A stretch of DNA of 64,000 nt from Blastocystis sp. Blastoise (Eukaryota; Protista; Bigyra: Opalinata), in contig JBBPEB010000014.1 of NCBI GenBank assembly GCA_039096225.1, positions 1,922,001 through 1,986,000 of the forward strand, given 5' to 3'. Shown one piece after another: positions 48,597 to 63,008 of the stretch. Numbering within the stretch: position 1 is the first letter of the stretch; each line of letters starts with the position of its first letter. The notes under the pieces are model-generated. The model ran no database searches and was not told the DNA's origin. It was given only the letters and a program-made list of their open reading frames with translations. A program made the position numbers and the translations under genes.

Positions 48597-48899
48597 AAAT
48601 TTTGTATTATTTTAAGCTTTTTTATTGGACGAACTAATAATTTATGTAACATTCATTTGGTTTTTCTTGCTGAACGAAATTGGAATGTGGTTTCTTCATC
48701 GAATAATCACGAATAATTTCATTTTTCGTGAATAAACGAATTCTTTTTATTCTATTTCTCACTTAAGATCCTTCTTTTTTCTCATCATAATAATGTACAA
48801 TCAGTGCCAAAACCTGACAACCCTTATCGTTTTCAATAGTTACGGGGAATTTTTTGACGCGGTTTTTTTTGTTTGAATTGTAATAACATGTAGAATATA

Positions 48900-48924
48900 T
48901 TCTAGAAATTTCTAGAATATATAA
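48900..48924 (+). promoter_or_regulatory. Perfect four-unit heat-shock element followed by a TATA-like box, inside the Tc1 5' region
   Basis: TTC-TA-GAA-AT-TTC-TA-GAA (alternating nGAAn), immediately followed by TATATAA, ~105 bp upstream of the transposase ATG. Confidence 0.55.
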
Positions 48925-49026
48925 TTAGTGGTTTTGGAAAAACAGAAATTTTAATTGGAACACAATTACTCTGAGACCTTTTTTAACCCTTTAAAAATAG
49001 TTTTATTCTTTAAAAATAAGTTGTGT

Positions 49027-50040
49027 ATGGGTAAATACGTCGTTATAACTGAAAGAGAGTTTAGAAAGATGATAAGAGACGGGTACACGGATGAACAGAT
49101 TGCCATTCATTTTCATTGTTCGCTTAGAACTGTTGCCCGTAGAAGGTCCCAATACAATATGTCCAAGTCAACTAAGAAAGGTGGAAGACCACAAGTTTTA
49201 ACTCCTTCTAATTTACGAGAAATCAATAATATTGTCCCAAAAAGCTCTGAGAACTCTAGCGTTTTATTGGATATCTTCCAAAAGAAAACCGGTACTCATG
49301 TCTCAAAAAGGTCCTTTATTAGAGGACTCCATGCTGTTGGTTACGTCGCCAAAAAGAAGCTTCATAAACCACTCATATCGGAGAAAAATAGAAAAGTCCG
49401 ATTGGATTGGTGTTTAAAATACCGAAATATGCCAATAAGTTTCTGGGAAAACGTCCTCTGGTCTGACGAGTGTTCTATTAGAACACATCAATCAACCTTT
49501 CAAGAATACTATTGGAAGAAACCTGGTTCTCCAAATAAGCCGTCAGAAATCATTCCAACCATGAAAAACGATGGAAAATCGATTATGATTTGGGGATGTA
49601 TGACGCAACATGGTGCTGGTCAAATGGAGGTCCTTGATGGTCATGTGACATCATTAAAGTATGGAGAAACTCTTGGTCGAACTCTTCCGTCAACCGTGGA
49701 AAAATTGCAAATTGACCCCAAAACTATGGTATTCCAACAGGATAATGCTCCTATTCACAAGTCAAAAAAGATGAATAGTTTCTTTAAAACTGCTCAACTT
49801 ACAGTGATTGATTGGCCTCCACAGTCCCCAGACCTTAATCCCATTGAACATCTTTGGGTCTATATTAAAAGAAGATTACAAAGAAATTCCCATTGCGGAT
49901 ATACTTTGAGTCAACTAAAGGTCGAAGTTGACAAGATATGGAGGTCAATACCTGTAAATGTATGTGAAAGGCTTGTTTTATCAATGCCGAAAAGAATTGA
50001 GGCAGTAATAGCCAATAATGGTGGATTTACAAGATATTAA
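49027..50040 (+). CDS. Tc1 DD34E transposase, 337 aa, intronless
   Basis: HTH with GRP motif; WSDE...FQQDNAPIH...WPPQSPDLNPIE with 34 residues between the second D and E; ends NGGFTRY. First ATG at 49027 (track ORF begins at an upstream TTG). Confidence 0.95.
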   Translation: MGKYVVITEREFRKMIRDGYTDEQIAIHFHCSLRTVARRRSQYNMSKSTKKGGRPQVLTPSNLREINNIVPKSSENSSVLLDIFQKKTGTHVSKRSFIRGLHAVGYVAKKKLHKPLISEKNRKVRLDWCLKYRNMPISFWENVLWSDECSIRTHQSTFQEYYWKKPGSPNKPSEIIPTMKNDGKSIMIWGCMTQHGAGQMEVLDGHVTSLKYGETLGRTLPSTVEKLQIDPKTMVFQQDNAPIHKSKKMNSFFKTAQLTVIDWPPQSPDLNPIEHLWVYIKRRLQRNSHCGYTLSQLKVEVDKIWRSIPVNVCERLVLSMPKRIEAVIANNGGFTRY

Positions 50041-51551
50041 TATTTGTGTTTCAATTCAAAAAAATGGTTTTTTAAATTTTTTTCCATGACGCTTATTTGT
50101 TTTGTTTCCCTGTTTTAATAGTCAATACAACCTTTGATGACAAATGACTTAATAAAAAAAAAACAAAGAAAAACTCGCCAGTTTAAAAAAAAAACCGAGG
50201 TTGTCAGGTTTTGGCACTGATTGTAGATATTCCACATTCTAGCTTTCTTTAATGTATGTCTCTTATATATTAGTATATTATCTTTTCTTAAAGTCTATTT
50301 TAATGGATAAATGAGTAACTTTATAAACTGTACAATCCTGATTCAGATATTTCAAATATAATTTATTTATTATTATCCTTTATATTCTAAACCGATTCTA
50401 TAAAAATTAAATATAATCATTAGTCTTCATATATAACTATTAAACAACACAATGTAACGTCTTTAAATAATATTATTTGTGTTTTCCCAAGTAATAGTTG
50501 TGTTTAATCATGAATAAAATCAATTCATGTCCAGTCAAATTCTAACTTTGTTCTTATTTTCAAATTTTTTCTTTTTAGATTTTTAGTACGTTTTCAGCTT
50601 TTTTTAAATTAAATCTTTATTTATTTGAATATCATATTCATCTAGAAGACAAACTCAAAACGAATTCACTAACTAGTGAAACAGAATTATATCATTTGAT
50701 GCCGATATCAAAAAGATATACTTTTGTTACTATTTTAAAATAGTAAATGATACATTTGATCTCAACTTGTTTGAGAATGATATAAAAAAATGAATAATCT
50801 CTAAAAAAATATGTTTTCTTTTAAATAAATGTATGAATATATTTATCTTGTATTAGTAATATATGTATCTGATTTGAGATAGAAGACTAACAATTGATAA
50901 ATCATAGATTGAAAATAAAATTCACCAATTGTTTTTGCTTAACTCTAAACTAATTGATTTTTTATAATACCTTTATAAACCCATAATCATGTTATAAGTG
51001 TATCCTAAATAAATGCATCAATAGAATCACTTTTTAAATCAAACGGAATGTCATTATAGTAATGTACTTTTGTAGAATAAATTAAACAGCCAACAATAGA
51101 ATAGGAATGCTAATAAAGAAAAACATTTTATTTAAACAATTAGTATAGACGATATATATCAAAAAAAAAACAAGAGTATATTTATAAATTGAAATACAAC
51201 ACATTAGAAATATATTAAAAAAATTATATAAATACATATGAAGAAACTAATAAAAAAAAAGATTAATGTTATTCTTTTAATAAATTAAAAAAAAATTATA
51301 TATATATATATATATTTATAAAAGAAATAACAATAGATAATGATGTGACATAAGTATTATTACCTTATAAAAATATAAATAGAAACATAATATATATATA
51401 GAGAGAAAGAAACATATTTACAAATATATACATATTATAATTATTATATATAGAAATATATGTATATTAAACTAAATTTAAATATTTAAAAAAAAGTATG
51501 AAAATATAATGACAAACAAAGAAATCTATATAAATATATAATTTTCATTGT

Positions 51552-51750
51552 TTAGACAGTTTTCACAAGTCCTCCTTGATTACCCCGTACAAATAGGGTA
51601 CTTGAAGTAATATCATCTTTTGAAGATTCATAGGATAATATCTTATTCAATAATTCACAAAGACTGTTAATATCATAACGGGACTATAAGAAGTAATAGA
51701 TATATAATAATAAGTATAATAATAATATTATTTTTATAAAATGATAAAAA

Positions 51751-51803
<53 letters not shown>

Positions 51804-52036
51804 GCATAATAAGTATAATAATAATACTAATATATATATATATATATATATACATAAGGATCAACTTCAATACATTTATTAATGGCAGTAAGAAGACGAG
51901 GGTGAATCTTAACTTTATCAGCAATTCTTAACCAATCCTGTTTCGTGAATCCCGTGGTTAAACGCTCGTTTGTAATAGCTCCAGTTAAAATATCAATCAT
52001 AATTATACCTATATATATAAAGTATAATAAACATAT

Positions 52037-52084
<48 letters not shown>

Positions 52085-53349
52085 TATATATATATACCAA
52101 AAGAATAAATATCTGATTGAATAGTAGGTATATCTCCATTAACAACTTCAGGAGCTATATAAATAGAGTTATAATGACGACTATTATTCACGTGAAGATC
52201 GTAGAGAAGCGTATCTAAGAAGGGATCCGAGAGAACAATATTGAGGGATTCACTAACGTATATATTATCAGGATGAACACGACCTATATATATATATATA
52301 TATATTATATAAATAGAATAAATACTTTTTATTATAACAACTAAAATATATATATATATTTAATAACAAAATTATATATATATTTAAACACAAAAAAAAA
52401 ATACATATATATATACCATGAACAACAGAAGGAGAAAGAGAGGATAAATATAATAATATATTTGCCATCTGACAGATAGTTCTCATTTTACGAATAAATG
52501 TAAAAGCAAAAGAATCTCCCTTATAAATAAACTCTAAGACTTCCTTAAGAGATGTAGTATATATCTCTGTACATATAGTAAATTGTTTACCTAATCGACA
52601 ACCATAAAACTATATATACAATAAATAATATTTAAAAAAAGCATTATATATATAAATAAATAAATAAATATATAAATTCATAAAAATATACAATATAAAA
52701 ATATATATATAATAATAATTATATATATATACTTTTTCAATATAGGGTGATTCACAGATAGAATGAAAAGTAATATAACGATTAATCGCTTGTTTATTAT
52801 TATCATTCATCTGAATATCTTTAATGACTTTACTAGCAACTATCATATTATTATACTTAGCTTTATATACACTACTAATGTCATTCTTACTATTCTCTCG
52901 TAATAATGTATTTGTAGATTCGAAGAGTTCGTCATCAATTGTGTATTGAGGGATTAAATATTCACGATCATTCAAATAATAATCTAATGTCTTCTGACGA
53001 TATATATTAGCCTATATAGATATATTATTATATTATTATATTATTATTATATTATTATATTATATATTATTATTATATTATATATTATTATTTTATTATA
53101 TATATACTTCAATTCTTAATTTATTATTAGTTGTTTTAAAGAATTCAAAAAGACCAGTAATATATTTTTCAGCCTCTTTCAGTTTCTCAGGACCTCCTGT
53201 GACCATATCGGCTTTATAACCTGAATCAAACATTTCAGTAATTGTATCTAAAAGTGAATTACAATGAACAATCTCAAATAAACAATGTGTAGATAGAATG
53301 TGACATTTTTGGAAACTCAAAGAATTATTTACCTATATATATATAATGT

Positions 53350-53384
<35 letters not shown>

Positions 53385-53933
53385 TATATATATATATATA
53401 TATATATATACACCATTAATCTTCGATTTGATTGATTTAATAATATATTTAAGGACATTACGTTCATTCTCATTATCATCCAATAAGGTATCTACATTCT
53501 CATAATAGACTACCTATATATATATATATATTATAGAAGACAATAATATATATTATAAATATAAACATAATAAATATTATAATAACAATAATAATAACAA
53601 ACAGAATAAATATTATAATAATACTATATAATACTATATAATAAACACAATATATACTTCATTTTCATAGTCTACTACCTTCTTAGCAAGGTCTTTAAAT
53701 GTACCCTCTTCCATCATCAAGTTCGACTCATTATCCATCAATAAATCATCATATAATGATAACTATATATATATATATATATATATATAATTATTATTAT
53801 AATCATAATATATTATTACTCTACTATTATATAAAGAACCATAATATACTATTCATTTATATTATAAATAATACAGATATTTATATATATAATAAAATTT
53901 ATAAAAATAAATAAAACAATAAAAAGAATCAAT

Positions 53934-53973
<40 letters not shown>

Positions 53974-54522
53974 GCAGAATCACCAGCATACTGTCTGATT
54001 TCATCTTCATAACTCTGACGTGTCGCATCCTTTGCCTTCTCTAACACAGCGTGCGTCATATAATCATGATACGGAACACAATTATCCAAGAGGAACATCT
54101 AATTATATATATATATATATATTATTATTAAAAACATATATTATCTTATTAATAATAAAAAAATAATATACATAATAATAAATAAAATTTTTAAAAATAC
54201 ATTCAATATACCTTTTTATTATAATTTTCAGGATCTTTAATAGCCTTCAAATTAATAGCTTTTATTTGTTCTTCAAAACTAGATATATCTAGTTTATCTT
54301 TTTCGATTTGAACTTCTAATTTATGAATGGTCTCATTTAATTCGATAATAGTTTCATAATCACCCAATGATTTCGCTTTATCGTACTGTTCCTGTAACAC
54401 AACTAAATTACTCTATATATATAGTCAAATATTATATAAATATAATATAAATTTAATATAAATATAATATAAATATAATATAATATAATATAATATAAAT
54501 TTAATATAAATATAATAAATAA

Positions 54523-54558
<36 letters not shown>

Positions 54559-55055
54559 TAAGAGTATCAATAGAGGCTGTTTTCTCTTGAATTTGTTTTT
54601 CATAAGTATCTTTAAGAGTAGCAATAGATTCTTTCTCTTTTTGTACGGCTTTCAATTCACGAATCTTCTTATTATATTCACTTCGTAACTATATATATAT
54701 ATATATATAATAAATACTACAAATATAATAAATATTACAAATATAATAAATATAATAAATAATACAATTATAATAATAATAATATACTTTAATTTCTTCT
54801 TTTCTGAATTCTACCATTTGATTATAAATAACTTTATTAGTATCGGAAATCCATTCATTATTATCACTATCTATATTAGGAAGATTCTCTAATACTTCAT
54901 AATCACTCTCTTCCAAAGGAATTGAAGTAACAGCGCTAGTAGGTACTGATGTCGATTCTCCATTCCCCGCGGGAATAGACGCATCTTCTTCAGGATCTTC
55001 CATGATAATCAAACCATCTTCACCTTCTTCTAAGATAATCTCTTCATCTTCATTA

Positions 55056-55086
<31 letters not shown>

Positions 55087-57099
55087 TATCATTAGTAGCA
55101 GTAGTAGAACTAGTATTACCATTAGTATTAGAAGAAGAAGAAGATATCTGATCTTTAATATTTTGTTTCTCTTCAATCATTTGTATTTTTCTTTCTTTAT
55201 TCTTATCATATATAGTCTTTAATAAATTATTTGTTTCATTCAATTTCTTAGTTGTATTATAATCAGATGTTAATGAATCTAAAGATTGTTTTATCTATAT
55301 AGAACAATATAGAATATACATATAATATTATGAATTAAATTATTATATAATATATAATATATTTAGATTATTATGAATAGAATTATAATATTATAATATA
55401 TTATATATATAACAGCTTAATACAATAACAAATAATATATATTTATACTTCATTATATTTTTGTTCTTTCTCTTCTAATTGTTGTTTTAAGGTATTTATA
55501 ATAGTCTCATTATTAGAAGATAATTCTTTTAATTGATTTAATTCACTCTGAAGATCTGCATATCCCTGCATTTCATTCTCTTTCTGACTCTTCTCCATCT
55601 CAACGGTTGACTTACTTGTCTAGATATAATAAATAGAATAAACATAATAAATATAATAAATAAATAAACATAATAAATAGAATAAATATAATCAATATAA
55701 TCAATATAATAAATAAATATATATAATAAATATAATAAATATAATAAATATAATCAATATAATCAATATAATCAATATAATAAATATAATCAATATAATA
55801 AATAAATATATATAATAAATATAATAAATATAATCAATATATATACTTGAGTTGCTTGTAATTGTTGTTCTAAATCATTTGATTTCGTTTTATATTCTTC
55901 TAATTGTTGTTTCAATTCAGGGATGTGAGAAATCTCTTCATCTTTCTCAGCTATCGATTTATCCTTATCTTCAATCAACACATTTAACTATATAAAGAGA
56001 TTATATATAATAAATAGAATAGAATCAATATTAATATAATAAAGAGAATAAATAGAATAATATAATATAATAGAATAATAAAATAGAATAGAATAATAAA
56101 ATAAATAGAATAATATAATAAATAGAATAGAATAATATAATAAACATAATATTATATAATATATCATAAAATCACAGAATAACATTAAAATACTCTTTGT
56201 ATTTCAACTTTAAGTTGTTCTACAGTGCCACTTGCTTCTTGTGCTTGCATAGTAATACGATTAATATCTGTAGTTAATGTAGTTACTTGAAGTTCTAAAG
56301 AATCTATTTTCATCTTCACACTTTGCTCTGAATTTGCTATATCTTTCTCTAAAGATAAAATCTTTTCATTAGCTATATTCAACTGATTCTGTAAATCGTT
56401 ACGTTCCGTTAAATATGTATCTATTGTCTTTTTATAGTCTTCTTCACTCTTTTGATAATATTCTTGATCATTTGTTAATGCAGCAGTTAATTCTTCAATC
56501 TTGTTCGCTTGTTGCTTTATAGTACCATCTTTACTACTTGTATTTGTATTCTGAGTATCTAATTGTTGCTTCACAATTGCATAGTCAGCTTCGAGTTTCT
56601 TCTTTTCAGTTTGAACACTTATAAAGGAGTTTTTTATGTTCGTATAATCATTTTTAATTAAAACATATTCCGAAATAGATTGCTTTAATGTACGAATATC
56701 ATCTTCTTTAGATTTATTATCTTTTTTTAAATTAATTATTTCCTCATTCAAACGATCCTGATCTTCTAAAAGTTGTTTTATAGCTTCTTGATCAATAGAT
56801 ATATCTTGAGAAACTGATTCTTGTTCAGTTGTTTGTGCTTGATCTTTTGAACTAGTCACTGTTTGGCGATTATATTGCTCTTGACGCTTAAAAGGAACTG
56901 GCTTAGTATAGGTATTACCACGAACTTGAGTTTGTCTTAAAATAGCTCTGTCATTAGAAGTACCACCTCCACGAGGAACGACCTTTGATGAGTTCACTAA
57001 AGAACTTTGCATTGATGGAGTTGGTCTATGTGAACCTAAATAGTAGATAAAAATAATTGATTTAAAAAAAAATCACGTACTTGATGTAGAACGATCCAT
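51552..57099 (-). CDS. Coiled-coil protein with C-terminal TKL-like pseudokinase domain
   Basis: Long E/K/Q heptad exons. Kinase fold: SVYKAKYNNMIVASK, VVHGRVHPDNIYV, IVLSDPF, YIAPEV, SDIYSFGIIMIDILTG. ATG 57099, TAA at 51552. Confidence 0.82.
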
Positions 57100-57752
57100 A
57101 TTCTGTAACAATCCTATTAGGCTTTATTTGGTATAATAATATATAAATACAACTAATCTACAAATGAAATAATCACAGATAATGTAGAATTTGTAATTTT
57201 TAAGACTTTTTTTATCCTGATTCAAAAACTGAATTGAGTCAATTTATTGGATGAACGCTTTTCGAACCATATATATCCAAGAAATTTTGTTAAAATCGTG
57301 ATTATTCGTTCGTATTGATGGTTTCTTATTAGTTTTTCTATCGTTTTCATCACTTATAAAAATATAGAGAGTCCCCTATCGATCATATCAATATGTATAT
57401 GGTAAAAAATAAAAAACAACGACTCTAAACATTTTTCAATTCGTCACTTTTTATGTTTATATCAAATGAAAAATGCAGGCTCTATTGTTATTTATTATGT
57501 CCTTTACAGATTTGTTAAATTATATATTTTAGAATAAGTTTCTTTAGAAAAAAATATAATTTATTATCAATTTACGTTATTTTTTAGTTTATTATCAATA
57601 TTACTTTAGAATAAATATAGAAAAGATACGAATATAAGATATATTTTACATAATAGATATTATTCTCATTTTAGAAAGTTTAGGGGTTGATAACTTGAGA
57701 AAAAAAAATAAATGATAAATTCATTGTTGTTATTGTATTAAACTTTGTTTTT

Positions 57753-58810
57753 ATGGATACATATAGAAATTTCTTAGCTCCTACGACTGTAGGTTATTTG
57801 AACATCTCGAGTATGTACTTTTTATAACGATTATCGATAAATTTATCATCAATAGATGATTCATCTGAATTTGATATCCAAAAATTCAATGAAATTGGAA
57901 TCCAATACTTTCATTATGATATTCAGAAAGATCAGATTTCAAATCAAATATCTATGATGATTCATGATATTATTCATGAAGATTATTTCGATGAAAATTT
58001 ATATATTATTATTCAAACAGATCTTGATGAAGAGATACTTTCCAAACTCATTTCTTCCTTAGTAACTGCTGGCACTCTTCCAATTGTTTTATCGAAAAAA
58101 ACATTTTTCAACTATAATAGCTATACTAATTTAACTATATCTCATGAAGATTTTGATACATTATTGAATTGTTGGTCTCATTTTCCTCAATGGAAGAAAC
58201 CTGAGCCAATTGCTATTCCTATCTGTTGTGGAGATGAAGTTGTATATTATTTATTGTTTTATTTATTATTTATTTATTTATTTATTGTTTATTATTATTA
58301 TTTATTATATATATATAGTATTTATTATATTATATGTTATACTATTATATCTATTCTACATATTACTATTATCTACAGGGTAATTTCCCTTGGATTACAA
58401 TAAAAGAAAGAATTCCTGACATTTTAGAAGAGACAATAGCTGTGAATAAAGAATGGCCTCATTCTTATATTCAGTCTGTTCTCTCTATAAAGAAAATGAT
58501 GTTAAATTCACAACTTATTGAAAATATTCCTTGGAAACAACATTATCCTTATCTTATAGTCTATCTCTTTACTATCTGTGTTAATAGAGAACTATATCGT
58601 AAACGAAATGTAATGAACACGTCATGGTGGTTCTTGGAACACTATTATTTCCGTTATCTTCTTTGTGTAACAGATTATTATGATCGAAACATAGATATAT
58701 ATCATGACCCATTCTTACATATGAAAGAAAATGCTTTAAAGAAAATTGAACCACTTATGGGAGATATATTTAAAGATCTTATCGAAGAAGCTAAACAATA
58801 TACTCATGAA

Positions 58811-58850
<40 letters not shown>

Positions 58851-59121
58851 ATATATTTATAATCATTTTTTATATTTATATTATTTAAAGTATTTTATTT
58901 TTTTTTTATTATTTTTATTCTTAATTATATTAATATTATCTTATTTTCTATATAAATAGCTTCCTTATTCTTATTTTCATCTCCTTATTCTTCGTTCTTT
59001 ATGGGGTAATAAAGCGGATTTGAGTATGTCCTGTGGGAAATTAGAAGGAGATGTATTTAAAGATAAATCCAGTCTTTGTATTCTAGACCAAACAAAACAA
59101 GCGTATAATATACTTATAAAT

Positions 59122-59174
<53 letters not shown>

Positions 59175-59971
59175 CTATTCTATTAATAGTTTAAAATAAT
59201 AATAATTATATATATATAAATGAATTATATTATTCTATAGCGAATCCGCATATAATTATATTCAGTGATAATACAGGATTAGAACTTCTTTCAGATTTTA
59301 TATTTATAGCTATTTACCTTCTTCTAACTCCTACTGGTTCTGTGACTTATTTTATTAAAGAGAATCCAGTATTTGTTTCTGATATTACTATTCACGATGT
59401 TTTATATTCTATTGAATGGATGAAGAAACATAATTGTATACAAATATCTTATATAGGAACATTAATAGAACAATATTATAAGGAGAAAAGAATAATATTT
59501 AAATCTGAATATCAATTAAATAGCTGTCTAGATATGTGGTCTATATCTACAAATTTATATGAATATATGAATAATTGTACTCTTATTATTTCTAAGGGAG
59601 ATGCCAATTACCGTCGATTTGTTGGAGATCGTCACTGGAATTATGATATTCCCGTGAATAAAGTCCTTTCGTATGTTCCTAAACCTTTATTATTATTAAG
59701 AACTTTGAAAAGTAATTGTTTAATTGGAATAGATGAAAATCAACAAAAAGAAGCGAAACAATTCACTGAAGAATGGGATGTTAATGGTATATATTATTAT
59801 TATTTTTTATATATTCTATTATATATTCTATTATGTATTATATTATATTATTATATATTCTAGTATATATTATTATTATATTATTATATATTCTATTTAA
59901 ATCATATTCATTTATGTATATATATTATAGGTAAAATTGGTATTATTCAATATTATCAACCTTCCTTCTAA
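57753..59971 (+). CDS. ARMT1: ARMT1/DUF89 damage-control phosphatase with an N-terminal extension
   Basis: WITIKERIPDIL, SWWFLEHYYFR, DPFLHMK, SLWGNKADLS, SDNTGLELLSD, KENPVFVSD, ISKGDANYRRFVGD, LRTLKS, GKIGIIQY. Confidence 0.9.
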
Positions 59972-61217
59972 AAAATTTTATTCATTTATATATATATATT
60001 ATATATGAACATATTTTCTTTATATATTTACTTTATATTTATTTTCTATTGAGATTCGTTGTTTTAAACAAAAGAATATACATTTACATATCTTATATTA
60101 TTTAAAAAAACTTTTTTTTTAAATGTACGAAATTGTTTTCTATGATCATTCGCATTATCATTAATATATACAAAATTACAAATAAATAATCAATAACATA
60201 GAATATAATAGCAATTAAAGTTACATAATATATGTATACTAAAAATTATAATGAATGAGTCTATTGAAGAATCAAATAATAGTTATAAACCCCAAAAACA
60301 ACAAATTAAATACATTCACAACAACCTGTTGATAAGATATAATGAAATAATTCTCGTTTATATATATAACAAGAGAGAGAAAAGGAAAATAATATATGTA
60401 ATTATATATATATATATATATATATTGAAGAAAAAAACAATGAATTGGAAAAGAAGATTTAAAACATTGTTTCATAGCTAGAGAAAAAATGTAGTTCACC
60501 ATATATAATAATAAAAAAAAAACATGATAAAAACTACATGAATAGAATTATATATGTAAAAACTTTATGTAAAATTGAATGATATATATATATGTATAAT
60601 ATACTATTGCCTTTATGAAAAGATAGAAACTATATATAAGAAGATAACTATAAAGAAAATAAATCATTTTATTTCTTTTGAAGTCTTATATATATTATAT
60701 AAATGTATGAAAAGAACGATAATTATACATGAAAAAAAGTTATATATATATATATAATAGAAAAGATTGGTATTTGAAAAGAGAGTTAATATTATTGAAA
60801 CAAAACTGATATACATATAGTTGAAGAAAAAAGAGAAAAAATACTTTTAAAAAGTGAAAATATAATAAGATGAAGAATATTATAGATGAACGAATAAGAA
60901 TGTATAGAAGATATATATATATACTCCTCAGTATATATACTAGATATAAATAAGAAATAATTAAAAATATTCACCACAAAAGAAAAATAAGAAGTTATAT
61001 ATATTTATGTTAAAAAGAATATGTTGAAGAATAAATATTATATATATATCTAGTATTATTATTAAAGAAATACATAAAAAAAGAATATTAAATAAAAACA
61101 TAATATATATATAAAATTATATGAATAAAATATAGCCTATAAAAAATATAAATATATAATTATATGAATAAAATATAGCCTATAAAAAACATAAAAATAT
61201 AATAATGTATATAGATA

Positions 61218-61482
61218 TTAGTTTGTTCGGTCATTAGTATTGAGAATAGCAGCAAAATGACCAAACGAACTAATTGGAGTTCTTATAATCATATCACACA
61301 AAGAAAGAAGTTCATTCTCTACGAGTGACCAACTGAATTGCTTGGAATTTAGAGTCGTTTTTGGAGTAAAATGAGTTACTCTGTGATTGATATAAACAGT
61401 TATATTGGGATAATGAGACATAAAGAATTGTTTTACTTTTAAAGAATCTGATATGATCAGCCTTTAGAGAAGAATATAAAGG

Positions 61483-61522
<40 letters not shown>

Positions 61523-61619
61523 GTAATATTGAATACACTAATAGTTATACTAATAATAATAATATTACTATTAATAGAGATCTAACCATGTAAAACAAAT
61601 ATATATATATTAAAAATAC

Positions 61620-61662
<43 letters not shown>

Positions 61663-62280
61663 TATATATATACCATTTAGTATTTGGTTTATACGTATAG
61701 GCCATAGCTCTCTCCACAAAATAATCACCTGGAATTCGTTGAAATAAATAATCTTTCAAATCCCGTGAGAAATCAGCATATATACCTGTACGTATTTGAA
61801 TACCAATAGTATAATAGCCTTGTAAGTGACTATATATATCTTTAGCTTCTTCTTTTAAACTCTTTTTTGTAGGTAGTAATGACTCCGAAACAACATAATA
61901 TATAGCATTGGAACATTGACGTAAATTTAATGATTCACAATTAAACCCAAAATCCATGATTGTGTTCCAAACCCCCTTATTATGCATGTGATAATACAAT
62001 AATGGATGATTAACAATCAGTAATATAGTTTTATTCTTAGACATTTCAAATATATTCTCTTTCTTAGCTGTTTGATATAACTGATAACCGTAATACATAG
62101 GTGTCATCTGAACAGCTATATAATAATAATAATATACATATATATATATATATATATACAAGTCACTTTATAATCAAAAGTATAAAAATTAACATCAAAC
62201 ATTTGTTTTACATTTCGAAACTCTTTATCTATATATATATATTTATAATAATAATCCTATAATATTAATATAGTATATTG

Positions 62281-62351
<71 letters not shown>

Positions 62352-62631
62352 CAAAATATCTAAAAGTAACTAATGAATAAACGAGTGCTGTCAAGAGCCC
62401 AAATCGAAGATTATATATACCATCATATGTAGGACTATATACAAATCCTGAATGATGACTGAATCGGTCTGGATCCAGCTGAATCTTCTTCCATTTCTCG
62501 ATATTCTCTTGACATTTCTGTGGACAAATAGTATTACAATCCTTTTTATATCCCGTCTGTTCGATGTTTTTACATGAATAATAACTATCCTGACACGATA
62601 ACCCAGTTAAGGAAGGATTGTTGAAACTATA

Positions 62632-62694
<63 letters not shown>

Positions 62695-62972
62695 GATTAT
62701 TATGATTATTATGATTATTATGATTATTATTATATAAACAAGAAAAAATAAAAGAATAACAATAATAATAATATATATATATATATACATAGATGTTCTA
62801 GCTTTGATAATTTCTTTCTTATATTCATCAATCAAATCATTTATATTCCCCACCAAATCCTGTCGATATTTTCTATATATATAATATATATAATATATAT
62901 AATATATATATACTTTTCTTCTTTATAAAATAATTTATTTTGTTTCCAGGGTTCATCAAATGATGGTGATTC

Positions 62973-63008
<36 letters not shown>

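Larger units (their letters stand above)
48798..50223 (+). mobile_element. Full-length Tc1-family DNA transposon (1426 bp)
   Basis: Perfect 25-bp TIRs CAATCAGTGCCAAAACCTGACAACC (48798-48822 / 50199-50223); TA target duplication at both ends; intact transposase. Confidence 0.96.

Noticed and set aside
53936-53969. Short G(TA)nG mini-intron on the minus strand
   Set aside because: Using this acceptor runs into a stop; the in-frame acceptor is at 53763. At most a cryptic 3' site.
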